A stretch of 64,000 bases of DNA from Thermoanaerobaculia bacterium (GTDB taxonomy: Bacteria > Acidobacteriota > Thermoanaerobaculia > Multivoradales > Multivoraceae). The position numbers and the translations under genes were made by a program. The notes under the pieces were generated by a model. It had not been told where the DNA came from. It worked only from the letters and a program-made list of their open reading frames with translations, and ran no database searches. The stretch is from assembly GCA_963666565.1 (NCBI GenBank), contig OY762911.1:4256001-4320000 (forward strand), given 5' to 3'. Positions 17,553 through 27,112 of the stretch are shown piece after piece (the first letter of the stretch is position 1; every line of letters begins with the position of its first letter).

Positions 17553-18647
17553 ATGCGCCCGACCCACCGACTCGCCACCTGCCTCGCCGTCGCCGCCCTG
17601 GCCTTCGGCCTTGCCGCCTGCGGAGGCGGCAACGGCGACGTCGACGCGCCGACCGGCGCCGTCGTCGAGACCGACACCCACACGCTCGAGGAGGTCGCGC
17701 CCGGCGTCTACTTCATCGTCGGCCGGGACGACGCGATCTTCGTCCAGAGCAACGCGATGCTCGTCGTGACGGACGAGGACGCCCTGGTCGTCGACTCGCA
17801 CGTCACGCCGGCCGCGGCGCGGGCCCTGCTCGCCTCGATCGCCGAGGTGACCGACAAGCCGGTCACGCACCTCGTCAACACCCACTACCACTTCGACCAC
17901 GCCCACGGGAACCAGGTCTTCCCAGACGGCGTCGCGATCCTCGGCCACGAGTTCACCCGCGCGATGCTGATGACGGACGTGATGAGCCAGCCGACCGCCG
18001 CCATCTTCACCGGGGGCATTCCGAACCAGATCGCCGGGATGAAGGAGGCGGCGGACGCGATGGAGGACGGCCAGGAGAAGGACCGGGCACTCAACGCGAT
18101 CCGGGTCCAGGAGGCCCACTACGTGGCGGTCGGCGAAACGGAACCGACGCCGCCCAACGTCACCCTGACCAGCCGCATGACGATCCACCGCACCTACGAG
18201 GGCCAGGACCGGCCGATCGAGCTGCTCCACCTCGGCCGCGGCCACACCGGCGGCGACGTCGTCGTCCTGCTGCCGAACGAGCGGGTCGTCTTCACCGGCG
18301 ACCTCGTCCTCGCCGGCGCCGCCTACATTGGCGACGCCTACGTCGACGAGTGGCTCGACACCCTCGACCGCTTCGAGGAGCTCGAGTTCGACCTCATCCT
18401 TCCCGGCCACGGCCCGACGTTCAGCGACATGGCCCAGGTCGATGCCCTCAGGCAGTTCCTGGCCGACTTCTGGAACCAGGCGTCCGCCGCCCACGAGCAG
18501 GGTCTGACTCCCGAGGAGGCGATCGCCGAGATCGAGTGGCAGGGGTTCCTGGCCGCCGCGCCGGACGCCCTGAAGATCCACTGCGTCGAAACGGCGTACA
18601 GCAGGATGGACGAAGCCGGAGAGGCGGAAGACGCCGATCCGGCCTAG
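17553..18647 (+). CDS. MBL-fold metallo-hydrolase lipoprotein
   Basis: Lipobox LAAC; NTHYHFDH, GHTGGD, FTGD, PGHG. Confidence 0.88.
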   Translation: MRPTHRLATCLAVAALAFGLAACGGGNGDVDAPTGAVVETDTHTLEEVAPGVYFIVGRDDAIFVQSNAMLVVTDEDALVVDSHVTPAAARALLASIAEVTDKPVTHLVNTHYHFDHAHGNQVFPDGVAILGHEFTRAMLMTDVMSQPTAAIFTGGIPNQIAGMKEAADAMEDGQEKDRALNAIRVQEAHYVAVGETEPTPPNVTLTSRMTIHRTYEGQDRPIELLHLGRGHTGGDVVVLLPNERVVFTGDLVLAGAAYIGDAYVDEWLDTLDRFEELEFDLILPGHGPTFSDMAQVDALRQFLADFWNQASAAHEQGLTPEEAIAEIEWQGFLAAAPDALKIHCVETAYSRMDEAGEAEDADPA

Positions 18648-18733
18648 CCGCCCCACCCGCCGGGACAACGTGCCGATTTCGCTAAGTTCCGCGTTTTGTG
18701 GTATTTACAACGAAACACCGTTAGCATCCCGGC

Positions 18734-19525
18734 ATGGAACAGCAGCACGTTGCTCCCCTCTCCGTAGGCGCCTCCGCGCTCGATCGCGCGGTGGAGCGCG
18801 CGAGCGTCTGGCTGCTCGACCGCTACGGCGAAGAGGTCGAGTGGGCGATCGAGGACCAGTTCCTGATCGGCCTCGACGACCAGGAACGGATCGACCTGGA
18901 GGAGCAACTCCAGGCCCGGAGCAACCGCGACCAGTCGACCTTCTTCGCCAACGCGATGAGCTGCATTCTCGCCCAGGGGCGCTTCGAGCCCGACGCGGAG
19001 GAGGGCGACTGCCGCTCCTTCAGCTTCGCCGACAAGCTGCTCGGCGCCGGCGGCCTGCTGCTGGAGGCCACCGAGCGCCAGTGGCTCGAGGCTCTGGTCG
19101 GCAGCACCCTGCAGCTGTACCGGATGGGTCCGCTGGACGAAGACCTGATTCCCCTCGACGAAGTGACCAGCCGCGAACGGGTCTGGGTGGAGCCCCACCC
19201 GGCGATGGACCCGCTGGAGGAGGGAGACCTGGTCGGCGCCCGCGTCGTCACCCGGACGGACGAGGACGCGGACCGCGTGTGCGGAGTCTTCGGCTTTCCC
19301 GCCGGCGACGCCGAGCGCGACCTGGTCGATCTGGTCGAGACGGCGGCCGCGCACGCCCGCAGCAACAAGGGCGAGATCCTCGGCATCGCCGAGGTCGTCG
19401 CCACCGCCTGGCTGCGCGCCTTCCTGCCCGACGCCTCGACCCGGGGGCCGCAGGCGGTCCCCGACGGCGGCGCCGGACCGGCCAGCGCGCGCCGGATCCT
19501 GGAGTGGCCGGCCTCCAGGGACTGA
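18734..19525 (+). CDS. Hypothetical protein
   Basis: 263-aa acidic ORF with typical codon bias; no firm family. Confidence 0.7.
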   Translation: MEQQHVAPLSVGASALDRAVERASVWLLDRYGEEVEWAIEDQFLIGLDDQERIDLEEQLQARSNRDQSTFFANAMSCILAQGRFEPDAEEGDCRSFSFADKLLGAGGLLLEATERQWLEALVGSTLQLYRMGPLDEDLIPLDEVTSRERVWVEPHPAMDPLEEGDLVGARVVTRTDEDADRVCGVFGFPAGDAERDLVDLVETAAAHARSNKGEILGIAEVVATAWLRAFLPDASTRGPQAVPDGGAGPASARRILEWPASRD

Positions 19526-21051
19526 GCGGGCGGGTCACCCGGAACGAACCTCCGATTCGCCGCCAGGCGAGATCGCGCCGGCAGCGGTCGAGCCAGGCCG
19601 TCAGCGGGTCCCGCCGCGCTCGTCGCCGGCAGCGGTCGAACCGAGCCGGCAGCCGGACCCGCGGCACGCACCAGCGACCGGGAGCCGCGCGCTTCCTGGC
19701 GGCTGCCGCCTTCGGGCTTGTGGCCGCCGCTGGCGGGGCCGCCGGGCAACCTGCCCGGACGGCTGCGACGGCTGCGACCGAGACCGCGACCGGACCGGTG
19801 GCCATCCGCAGCTACCAGCTCCTCGTACCCCGCGAGCTGGCCGGCAGCGGCATCGACCCGGAGGTCGAGGTCCGAATCGAGATCGACGCCGCCGGGTCGG
19901 TTTCGAGAGTCGAAGTCCTCGCCATCGAGCCGTCCTCCGAGTTCGACGATCTCCTCCGGTTCCAGGTCGAGCGCAGCGTCGGCGGCTGGCGCTACGGTCC
20001 GGCACGCGACAAGGACGGCGCCGCCGTCCCCTCCAGCCTGTCGTGGCGGATGAAGTTCCAGAGCCCGGAGGAAGAGCGGAACGCTCCCGCCCGCAGGCGC
20101 TTCGATCCGCAGCTCGACGTCCTCGTCTCGGCCGGCGCCCTGCCGGATCCGATGCCGCAGCCGACCCTCTCCGAGCAGGCAAGGGTGCTGAACCGGACGA
20201 TCGAGGTCGCCGAGAAGTACATCGACCGCGAGCGCCGACGACGGCGCGAGACGGATCGCTTCATCCTGATCAGCGACGCCGCGGACGAGTCCACGGTCGA
20301 CATCCTGGCCGGGAACATGGAGGCGGCGTTCCGCATGTTCCACGGGCTGTTCGACCGGCACGTGGAGCCCCTGCCCGCCCGCTTCCGGATCGTCGTCTAC
20401 CTGTTCGACGACCGCGCCAGCCTCCGGCGGCTGCAGGAGGAACTCGGCGGACGGATGCCCGGCGGCGGCTTCTACCACTCCCCGGGCCTGCTCGCGTTCC
20501 ACCGGGAAGTCCGGTACTTCGACGAACTGCTGCACACGATGCTCCACGAGGCGTTCCACGCCTTCAGCGACACCTACCTGACCGGGCCCGGTTCGGACCT
20601 GCCGCGATGGGCCGAGGAGGGAATGGCGGAGTACTTCGGCAACTCGAAGATCGACCGGGGCGAGATCGTCCCGGGCGCGGTCGACCGCGGCCGCTACGCG
20701 ATCCCGCATGGCGGCGGGAGGCCGGTGCGGCTGCAGAGCCTGACCGCCTGGAACCTGGACGAGGCGCGGTCGGTCCTGCGGAACGGGGAGGCGCCGGCGA
20801 TCGCCGAGCTGATGGAGGCCACGCGCGACACGTTCTACGGCGAACGGGCGCGCCACTACTACGGCTTCTCGTGGCTCCTGACCCACTTCCTCCAGCACGG
20901 CCGGGAGGACTGGGAGAGCGGGCAGTCCTTCGCCCGGATGCTGCTCTACCTCGCCGAGGGCTACCCCGGCCGGGACGCGCTCGAAGCGGTCTTCAAGACC
21001 ACGCCGGCGGAAATCCAGGCCGAGTTCGAGCAATACGTCCGCGGCCTGTAG
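19522..21051 (+). CDS. TonB-C-like domain + DUF1570-like HExxH peptidase domain protein (start uncertain)
   Basis: VEVRIEIDAAGSV...WRYGPA (TonB-C-like); LHEAFHAF and PRWAEEGMAEYF (gluzincin-like); start CTG 19522 or GTG 19720. Confidence 0.65.
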   Translation: MSGRVTRNEPPIRRQARSRRQRSSQAVSGSRRARRRQRSNRAGSRTRGTHQRPGAARFLAAAAFGLVAAAGGAAGQPARTAATAATETATGPVAIRSYQLLVPRELAGSGIDPEVEVRIEIDAAGSVSRVEVLAIEPSSEFDDLLRFQVERSVGGWRYGPARDKDGAAVPSSLSWRMKFQSPEEERNAPARRRFDPQLDVLVSAGALPDPMPQPTLSEQARVLNRTIEVAEKYIDRERRRRRETDRFILISDAADESTVDILAGNMEAAFRMFHGLFDRHVEPLPARFRIVVYLFDDRASLRRLQEELGGRMPGGGFYHSPGLLAFHREVRYFDELLHTMLHEAFHAFSDTYLTGPGSDLPRWAEEGMAEYFGNSKIDRGEIVPGAVDRGRYAIPHGGGRPVRLQSLTAWNLDEARSVLRNGEAPAIAELMEATRDTFYGERARHYYGFSWLLTHFLQHGREDWESGQSFARMLLYLAEGYPGRDALEAVFKTTPAEIQAEFEQYVRGL

Positions 21052-21060
21052 CGCCGGCCG

Positions 21061-21190
21061 CTGGGTGCGCGGGTCTTCCGACCCGCCGCTGGGTGCGCGG
21101 GTCTTCTGACCCGCCGCTGGGTGCGCGGGTCTTCTGACCCGCTGCCGCCGGAGGCGGCCAGAAGTACGCGCCGGCCGCAAGGCCGGCCCC
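21061..21190 (+). repeat. REP-like tandem array (3 x 28 bp) plus hairpin tail, between convergent genes
   Basis: ctgggtgcgcgggtcttc(t/c)gacccgc at 21061, 21089 and 21117, then gccgccggaggcggc. Confidence 0.9.
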
Positions 21191-21191
21191 C

Positions 21192-22646
21192 CTACCGCTC
21201 GCCCAGCGCGTCGTACGCGGCCTGGTGCCGCGCCGCCTCTTCCTGGCGGCCCAACACCCGGTAACAGACCCACAGTCGGTAGTGGGCCAGCCGCCGCTGC
21301 GGATCGAGTTCGACGGTCCGCAGGAGCCGCGGAATCGCCTCTTCCCAGCGCTCGAGCTCCGTCAGCGCCAGGCCGCTGAAGAAGAAGTTGTCCGCCCGCC
21401 GGTCGTTCAGTTCGGCCGCCCGGTCGAGCGCCTCGACCGCCTCCTCCCAGCGCTCGGCCCGGTAGGCCGCGAAGCCGAGGTTGTGCCAAACCGCCTCGAA
21501 GTGCCCGAGCTCGACCGACGCCCGCCTCAGGAGTTCGATCGCCCGGTCGAAGTTCCCGGCGCTCAACTGGTTGGCGCCCTCGTTCAGGAGCGACTGGGGG
21601 TCGGTGACGTACCGCCACCGGTTCGCCGCCGCCCGTTCGTGCGCGGCCCGCTCCTCCGCCGTGCCGTACAGATGGACCAACGCTCCCTGCGCCTCGACCC
21701 TGGCCCAGCTCGTCGCCGGGGCGTGCTTCTCCGCCAGCCGGAACAGGGACTCCGCGTCCGCGAATCGGCCCGAATCCCGGAGGTTCCAGGCCGCCGCCAG
21801 CACGTCGGCCGCGTAGTCGCTGAGCGCCAGGCCGTCGTTCGGGTCGATCTCCCCGGCGAGGAGTTCGAGTTGCCGGTTCGCTTCATCCACCCGACCGGCA
21901 CGCGCCAGGGCCCGCGCGTAGAGCGAGCGGATCTCGGCGCCGCCGCCCTCCGCCATCTCGCCCAGCAGGTCGGCGACCGCGTCCCAGCGTTGCTGGAGAA
22001 TGAACAGGCGCAGCAGCGCCCAGGCGATCTCCTCGCTCGCCGGCTCCAGGTCTCGCAGTTCGACCAGCGCCTCGGTCGCGTCGGCCGGCCGCCCCAGCCG
22101 CTGGTCGAGCAGCGCCTTCAGGCGCAGCAACCGCGCCCGGTCCTTGCCGCCGGCCGCCGGTCGTCGCGATCGATCCTCGCCACTATCCGCCAGCCGCCGC
22201 GCCCGCTCCTCGCCGCCGTCCGCGAGCCGCCGTTCGACGAGGCCGAAGGCGGCGCGCAGCACCTCTTCGTCCGCCTCCTCGCTGCGAGCGATGAACTCCA
22301 GCACCCCCGCCGGCGGCGCGGACGCCGGATCGTCGATGGCGGCGAGCAGCTCCCGGCGGACCTGCTGCGTCTCCTCCTCGGGCAGCGCGTTCCGCCGGTC
22401 CGCCCGGAGCAGTCCGACGAGCGCCGCCGTGGGCTCGTTGCACTCTTTCCGGGCCTGCCTGAGCCACCCGACCTCGGAGTCGGCGCGCGACTCAAGTTCC
22501 GCTATGCGCGCCCGTCGCATCAGGCGCAGGCACTCCAGGTCCGGGAGTTTGCCGCCAGTCGCCGCCGTTTGCCCGAAGGCCGGCAAGGGCGCGACCGGCG
22601 CCAGAAGCGCCGCGAGCAGGCAGCCCAGGAGAGTTCGCAAGCGCAA
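21192..22646 (-). CDS. Secreted tetratricopeptide-repeat protein
   Basis: Signal peptide after TTG 22646; TPR patterns VWHNLGFAAY, FFSGLAL, AHYRLWVCY; internal 11-aa repeat RRLADGGEERA x3. Confidence 0.8.
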   Translation of the reverse strand: MRLRTLLGCLLAALLAPVAPLPAFGQTAATGGKLPDLECLRLMRRARIAELESRADSEVGWLRQARKECNEPTAALVGLLRADRRNALPEEETQQVRRELLAAIDDPASAPPAGVLEFIARSEEADEEVLRAAFGLVERRLADGGEERARRLADSGEDRSRRPAAGGKDRARLLRLKALLDQRLGRPADATEALVELRDLEPASEEIAWALLRLFILQQRWDAVADLLGEMAEGGGAEIRSLYARALARAGRVDEANRQLELLAGEIDPNDGLALSDYAADVLAAAWNLRDSGRFADAESLFRLAEKHAPATSWARVEAQGALVHLYGTAEERAAHERAAANRWRYVTDPQSLLNEGANQLSAGNFDRAIELLRRASVELGHFEAVWHNLGFAAYRAERWEEAVEALDRAAELNDRRADNFFFSGLALTELERWEEAIPRLLRTVELDPQRRLAHYRLWVCYRVLGRQEEAARHQAAYDALGER

Positions 22647-22750
22647 GGCCGCGCTGTGGCGCAGGGAACGAGTCCGCCTGCCGGGTGCGCGGGTCTTCTG
22701 ACCCGCTGCCGCCGGAGGCGGCGCGGAAACGCGCCGGCCGGAAGCCGGTT
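22642..22750 (+). repeat. Extended REP-like element (inverted partner at 24150-24250)
   Basis: gcgctgtggcgcagggaac...cctgccgggtgcgcgggtcttctgacccgctgccgccggaggcggc. Confidence 0.8.
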
Positions 22751-22834
22751 CAGCCCTGGGCAGCCACATCAACGCATGCCAAGCCGGCGGACCGGCTTGA
22801 CGACGCTCCGGCTTCACCTGCGCCGCCCGCGTGC

Positions 22835-24046
22835 TCAGGCGCTCTCCACCGCGGCCGCCATCCGCTCCAGGATCTCCTCGAGAATGGCCCGCGAGGTGGC
22901 GAAGTTGAGCCGCGTGCAGCGCTCGAATCCGAGCGGCGAGCCCGGCGGGCCGAACTCCGCGCCGTCGTTGAGCGCCACCCTCGCGTGCTTCAGGAAGAAG
23001 CGGGACGCCGGCATCGGCAGATCGAGCCCGCGGCAGTCGAGCCAGTAGAGGTAGGTCGCCTCTTGCGGACCGTGGACGATCCCCGGCAGGCGCCGATCGA
23101 GGAAGTCCGTCAGGAAGGCGCGGTTCGCGTCCAGGTAGGCGACGGTCTCTTCCAGCCAGGGTCCGCCGTCGCGCCAGGCCGCCCGCGCCGCCTCCACGCC
23201 CAGGATGCCGGCGTGGGCGAGGACGAAGTGCGGCAGTTCGTCGAATCGCTTCCTGAGCTTCTCGCTGCCGAACACGAGCAGGGCGAGTTCGAGCCCGGCA
23301 AGGTTGAACGACTTGGTTGCCGACGTGATCGTGACCGTCCGCTCCCTCACTTCGGGGCCGAGGGTCTCGAACACCGTGTGTTCGTGCCCGGGGAACACGA
23401 GTTCGTTGTGGATCTCGTCGGCGAGGACGATCAGGTCGTGCTCGATCGCCAGTTCGGCCACCGCTTCCAACTCGCTCCGCGTCCAGACGCGGCCGCTGGG
23501 GTTGTGCGGGTTGCAGAGCATGAAGACGCGGGTGTCCTCGTCGATCGTCGCCCGCAACCGGTCGAGGTCCATCTCGAAGCGCCCGTGCCTGGAACCGGAT
23601 TGAGGCCCCCGCCGGAGCGGCGATTTCACGAGTCGCCGGCCCGTGCCCGAAACCGCCTCGAGAAACGGCGGATAGATCGGCGTCTGGATGACGACCCCCT
23701 CGCCCTTCCCTGCGCCCAGCATGACGGCGAGATCGAGTCCCTGGAGCGCATTGACCAGGAAGCGGATCCGCTCCGGTTCCACCGTCCAGCCGAGCTGTTC
23801 CTCCATCCGCCGGCCGAAGATCTCCGGCAGGTCGCCGATCTCCGGCGGCTCGCAGTAGCCGAGGTCCGAGCGGTCGACGAGGTCGCGCACCACGCGCCGG
23901 ATCGGCTCGGCTATCGGAAAGTCCATGTCCGCCACCCACGCCGGGATGACGCCGCCGCCCTTCGCCGTGTAGCGACTCCACTTGAACCCCGTGCGGGCCT
24001 CGAGGTCGGCGAGCCGGAGGCTGTCGAACTCCTCTCTCAGGGACAC
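22835..24046 (-). CDS. patB: MalY/PatB family PLP-dependent C-S lyase
   Basis: PAWVADMDF, LCNPHNPSGRVW, DEIH, SATKSFNLAG, TYLYWLD, RLNFATS. Confidence 0.92.
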   Translation of the reverse strand: MSLREEFDSLRLADLEARTGFKWSRYTAKGGGVIPAWVADMDFPIAEPIRRVVRDLVDRSDLGYCEPPEIGDLPEIFGRRMEEQLGWTVEPERIRFLVNALQGLDLAVMLGAGKGEGVVIQTPIYPPFLEAVSGTGRRLVKSPLRRGPQSGSRHGRFEMDLDRLRATIDEDTRVFMLCNPHNPSGRVWTRSELEAVAELAIEHDLIVLADEIHNELVFPGHEHTVFETLGPEVRERTVTITSATKSFNLAGLELALLVFGSEKLRKRFDELPHFVLAHAGILGVEAARAAWRDGGPWLEETVAYLDANRAFLTDFLDRRLPGIVHGPQEATYLYWLDCRGLDLPMPASRFFLKHARVALNDGAEFGPPGSPLGFERCTRLNFATSRAILEEILERMAAAVESA

Positions 24047-24149
24047 GGCGGCAAGCTATCAAGCGGAGCCGGCCTCCGGCCGGCGCGTCTCCTCGGTGGC
24101 GCGCTCGATGTCGTTGCCGGCCGCCGCAGTCGCAGCCGATGGACCGCCC

Positions 24150-24250
24150 GCTGAGCCGGCGGCGTTCTCTCCGGCCGCCTTCGGCGGCGGCGGGTCAGAA
24201 GACCCGCGCACCCGGCAGGCCCGGTTCCCTGCGCGACAGCGCAATCTTGC
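24150..24250 (-). repeat. Extended REP-like element, inverted copy
   Basis: ggccgccttcggcggcggcgggtcagaagacccgcgcacccggcaggcccggttccctgcgcgacagcgc. Confidence 0.8.
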
Positions 24251-24279
24251 GGCGGCAAACGTTGCTAGGGTGCGGCCCC

Positions 24280-25296
24280 ATGGCACTCAAACTCGGACTG
24301 CAACTCGGTTACTGGGGCGCGGGACCGCGTCCCGGCTTCCTCGACACGGCCATCGAGGCGGAAGCGCTCGGCTACGACTGCGTCTTCACCGCCGAGGCAT
24401 GGGGCTCGGACGTTTTCACGCCGCTGGCCTGGATCGGCGCGCACACGTCGAAGATCCGGCTCGGCACCGGCATCGCCCAGATCTCGGCTCGCACGCCGGC
24501 CGCAACGGCGATGCACGCGATGACCCTCGACCACCTGTCGAAGGGCCGCGTCATCCTCGGTCTCGGCGTCTCCGGTCCCCAGGTCGTCGAGGGCTGGTAC
24601 GGCCAGCCCTTCGCCAAGCCGCTGTCACGCACCCGCTCCTACGTCGAGATCATCCAGAAGATTCTCGCGCGCGAAGAACCCGTGACCCAGCACGGCGAGC
24701 ACTACCCGCTCCCCTTCACCGGGGAAGGCTCGTGGGGACTGGGCAAGCCGCTCCGCTCGATCGTCCACCCGTTGCGTTCCGACCTGCCCATCTTCCTCGG
24801 CGCCGAAGGGCCGAAGAACGTGGCCCTGGCCGCCGAGCTGTGCAGCGGCTGGCTGCCGCTCTACTACTCGCCCTACCGGCCCGAGGTCTACGCCGACTCG
24901 CTCGCGGGCCGCGGCGACGGCTTCGAGATCGCCTACGGCGCCCGCCTCCGCGTCCACGGCGACGTGTCCGAGGCCCTTCTGCCGATCAAGCAGTCCCTGG
25001 CTCTCTACGTCGGCGGCATGGGCGCGAAGAACCGGAACTTCCACCGCGAACTGATGGCCCGCATGGGCTGGGAGGAAGAGTCGCTCCGCATCCAGGAGCT
25101 CTTCATGACCGGCAAGCGGGAGGAAGCCGTCGCCGCCGTCCCGGACGACTTCGCCGACGAGATCTCCCTCGTTGGGCCGCCGGAGCGGATCAGGGATCGC
25201 CTCCAGGCCTTCGAGGACAGCGACGTGACGACGCTGCTCGTGGGCGCTGCCAGCAAGGACGAGTTGCGGCAGGCCGCGGAGATCGTGCTCGGCTAG
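24280..25296 (+). CDS. LLM class, probably F420-dependent, oxidoreductase
   Basis: AEAWGSD, ARTPAATAM, LGLGVSGPQVVEGWYG, GAEGPKNV. Confidence 0.9.
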   Translation: MALKLGLQLGYWGAGPRPGFLDTAIEAEALGYDCVFTAEAWGSDVFTPLAWIGAHTSKIRLGTGIAQISARTPAATAMHAMTLDHLSKGRVILGLGVSGPQVVEGWYGQPFAKPLSRTRSYVEIIQKILAREEPVTQHGEHYPLPFTGEGSWGLGKPLRSIVHPLRSDLPIFLGAEGPKNVALAAELCSGWLPLYYSPYRPEVYADSLAGRGDGFEIAYGARLRVHGDVSEALLPIKQSLALYVGGMGAKNRNFHRELMARMGWEEESLRIQELFMTGKREEAVAAVPDDFADEISLVGPPERIRDRLQAFEDSDVTTLLVGAASKDELRQAAEIVLG

Positions 25297-25328
25297 TCCA
25301 GCCGCGGCCGAGCGGCAGCAGCCTTCCG

Positions 25329-25354
25329 CTGGGTGCGCGGGTCTTCTGACCCGC
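25329..25354 (+). repeat. REP-like single copy
   Basis: ctgggtgcgcgggtcttctgacccgc. Confidence 0.85.
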
Positions 25355-25439
25355 CCTCGGGTCGTGCCGCGAAGCGGTTCTGCCCGGGGCTCGGCACCAT
25401 TGGCAGCATCAATTCGCCAAGACTAGGTAACTTGTTGCC

Positions 25440-26075
25440 ATGAGATTCGAGGAACTCGTCGCCGCGGTCGCCGACGAGCCCGTCTTCGAAACCGGGCTTC
25501 TGCTGGCCGGACCCGCCGACCCCGGCAACGTCAGGCGGCAACTGTCGCGCTGGGTCCGCGGCGGCAGAGTGTTGCAGATGCGGCGCGGACTGTACGCACT
25601 GGCGCCGCCCTGGCGGCGCCGCGTTCCGCATCCGTTCCTCCTCGCCAACCGGCTCGCGCAGGGCGCCTACGTCAGCGGGCCGGCGGCGTTGGCCTTCTTC
25701 CACGCGATTCCCGAGTACGTCCCGGAAGTGACCAGCGTGACGCCAAGCCGACCGCATGTCCGGCAGACGCCCTCGGGCCGCTTCTCTTTCCGCCGCCTCA
25801 AGGCGGACCGCCTGTTCGGCTACCGGCTGATCGATCTCGGCGACGATCAGCAGGCGTTCGTGGCGACTCCGGAGAAGGCGCTGCTCGATTCCGTCTACCT
25901 GCAACCCGGCGGCGACGACCGGGACTACCTGCGGGAGCTCCGACTCGACTTCGACACCCTGAACCTGGACGCACTCGATGAGACGGCGGCGCGCTTCGCG
26001 GCACCGAAGACGACTCGAGCGGCCCGCCGGGTCCGTGAACTCGCGGCCGAAGCGCCAACATACGAGCTTCCGTGA
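25440..26075 (+). CDS. Type IV TA antitoxin, AbiEi-like
   Basis: QLSRWV...RRGLYAL wHTH; AYVSGPAAL; ATPEKALLD; coupled to an AbiEii-like start. Confidence 0.82.
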   Translation: MRFEELVAAVADEPVFETGLLLAGPADPGNVRRQLSRWVRGGRVLQMRRGLYALAPPWRRRVPHPFLLANRLAQGAYVSGPAALAFFHAIPEYVPEVTSVTPSRPHVRQTPSGRFSFRRLKADRLFGYRLIDLGDDQQAFVATPEKALLDSVYLQPGGDDRDYLRELRLDFDTLNLDALDETAARFAAPKTTRAARRVRELAAEAPTYELP

Positions 26076-26429
26076 AAGACCACCTCAAGAGCCTGATCCA
26101 GGGGCGCGACCCCCTCCAGGCACGCAACGTGGTCAGGGAGTACTTGCAAGCGCGCGTTCTCCGGTCCATGCAGGGCGCCGGCGCCATGACCGCGTTGGCG
26201 TTCCAGGGCGGCACCTGCCTGCGATTCCTCTACTCGCTTCCCCGACGGACGGCCTCAAGGTACTTCGTCGGATCGTACGCCTCGCGGTTGCCCTCAAGCG
26301 CGAGCGCTGGAAGACGTCCGGCCCTTCCTGGAAGAACAGGACGACGTCGACCTCGTTACACGCAAGAACGCGCTCCGTCTTCTCGACGAACGGAGCCGGG
26401 CGGACCGAGACCGGCCGAGCAGGGCGTGA
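26072..26429 (+). pseudogene. AbiEii-like nucleotidyltransferase toxin with internal deletion
   Basis: N-terminus REYLQARVL...FQGGTCLRFLYSLPR stops before the expected SEDLDF; a C-terminus-like segment EDVRPFLEEQDDVDLVTRKNALRLL lies in another frame and ends at TGA 26427-26429. Confidence 0.75.
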
Positions 26430-26505
26430 ACGAATCCCTGTCCCAGCGGGGCCCGCGCCAAGCGACGGCGCACCAGCTCGAAGCCGGCGCCGCACGAGGC
26501 CGCGG

Positions 26506-26910
26506 CTATGCCCGTGCCAGGCGGCGGCCGTTGCCGCTGCGCGGGCGGCCGCGGCGGCCGACGCCGGAGGTGCGGCTGAGCGGTACCCGGCGGCGGCGGA
26601 GGTGGGCCTGCCGCTTGACGCGGCGGCGGGCGGTCGCGAAGGACTGGTTGATGGCGACCGGAATGGAGGCGGCGGTCGAGCGGTGGACCACCACGTCCGG
26701 GCCGGGCAGCGCGACCTTGACGACGACGTCGAAAGCCAAGCCGCCCCGGTGATGCCGGCCGGGACCGGCCACGGTCACTTCGCAGTCCACGATCCGCGAG
26801 TTGAAGCGCTTCAGGGCCGCCGCCTCGAACTCGATCGACCGCTTCAGGTCGTCGTTCAGTTGGACGTTCCGGGTGCGGATCCTGATCGGGAAGCTCGGAC
26901 TGGTTCTCAA
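26506..26910 (-). CDS. HPF/RaiA family ribosome-associated protein
   Basis: RBS GGAGG before TTG 26910; PIRIRTRNV, RIVDCEVTV, VKVALPG, AINQSFATARRRV. Confidence 0.72.
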   Translation of the reverse strand: MRTSPSFPIRIRTRNVQLNDDLKRSIEFEAAALKRFNSRIVDCEVTVAGPGRHHRGGLAFDVVVKVALPGPDVVVHRSTAASIPVAINQSFATARRRVKRQAHLRRRRVPLSRTSGVGRRGRPRSGNGRRLARA

Positions 26911-26983
26911 CGCTGGTGCCCCTCCGCGGTTGACGCCGACATCGTACAACGCGGGTCGCGGAACGGGCCTAACGGCCGGTTTC

Positions 26984-27076
26984 TGGCCGCCTCCGGCGGC
27001 AGCGGGTCAGAGGACCCGCGCACCCAGCCGGAACTGCAGGGCGGTTCACACCGGGTGCGCCGGCGTCCCCGCCGGC
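26984..27076. repeat. REP-like pair (type A reverse, type B forward)
   Basis: ggccgcctccggcggcagcgggtcagaggacccgcgcacccag, then gggtgcgccggcgtccccgccggc. Confidence 0.8.
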
Positions 27077-27112
27077 GTCCGAACAGAACGCGTCGCGGAG
27101 CGGCGACCCGCC

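Noticed and set aside
25401-25440. tggcagca...tgttgcca inverted repeat as an AbiEi operator
   Set aside because: Only 8 bp with a mismatch; plausible but too weak to call
26072-26752. 226-aa ORF as an intact AbiEii toxin
   Set aside because: Similarity ends after about 58 aa; the remainder is out-of-frame readthrough overlapping the HPF gene antisense
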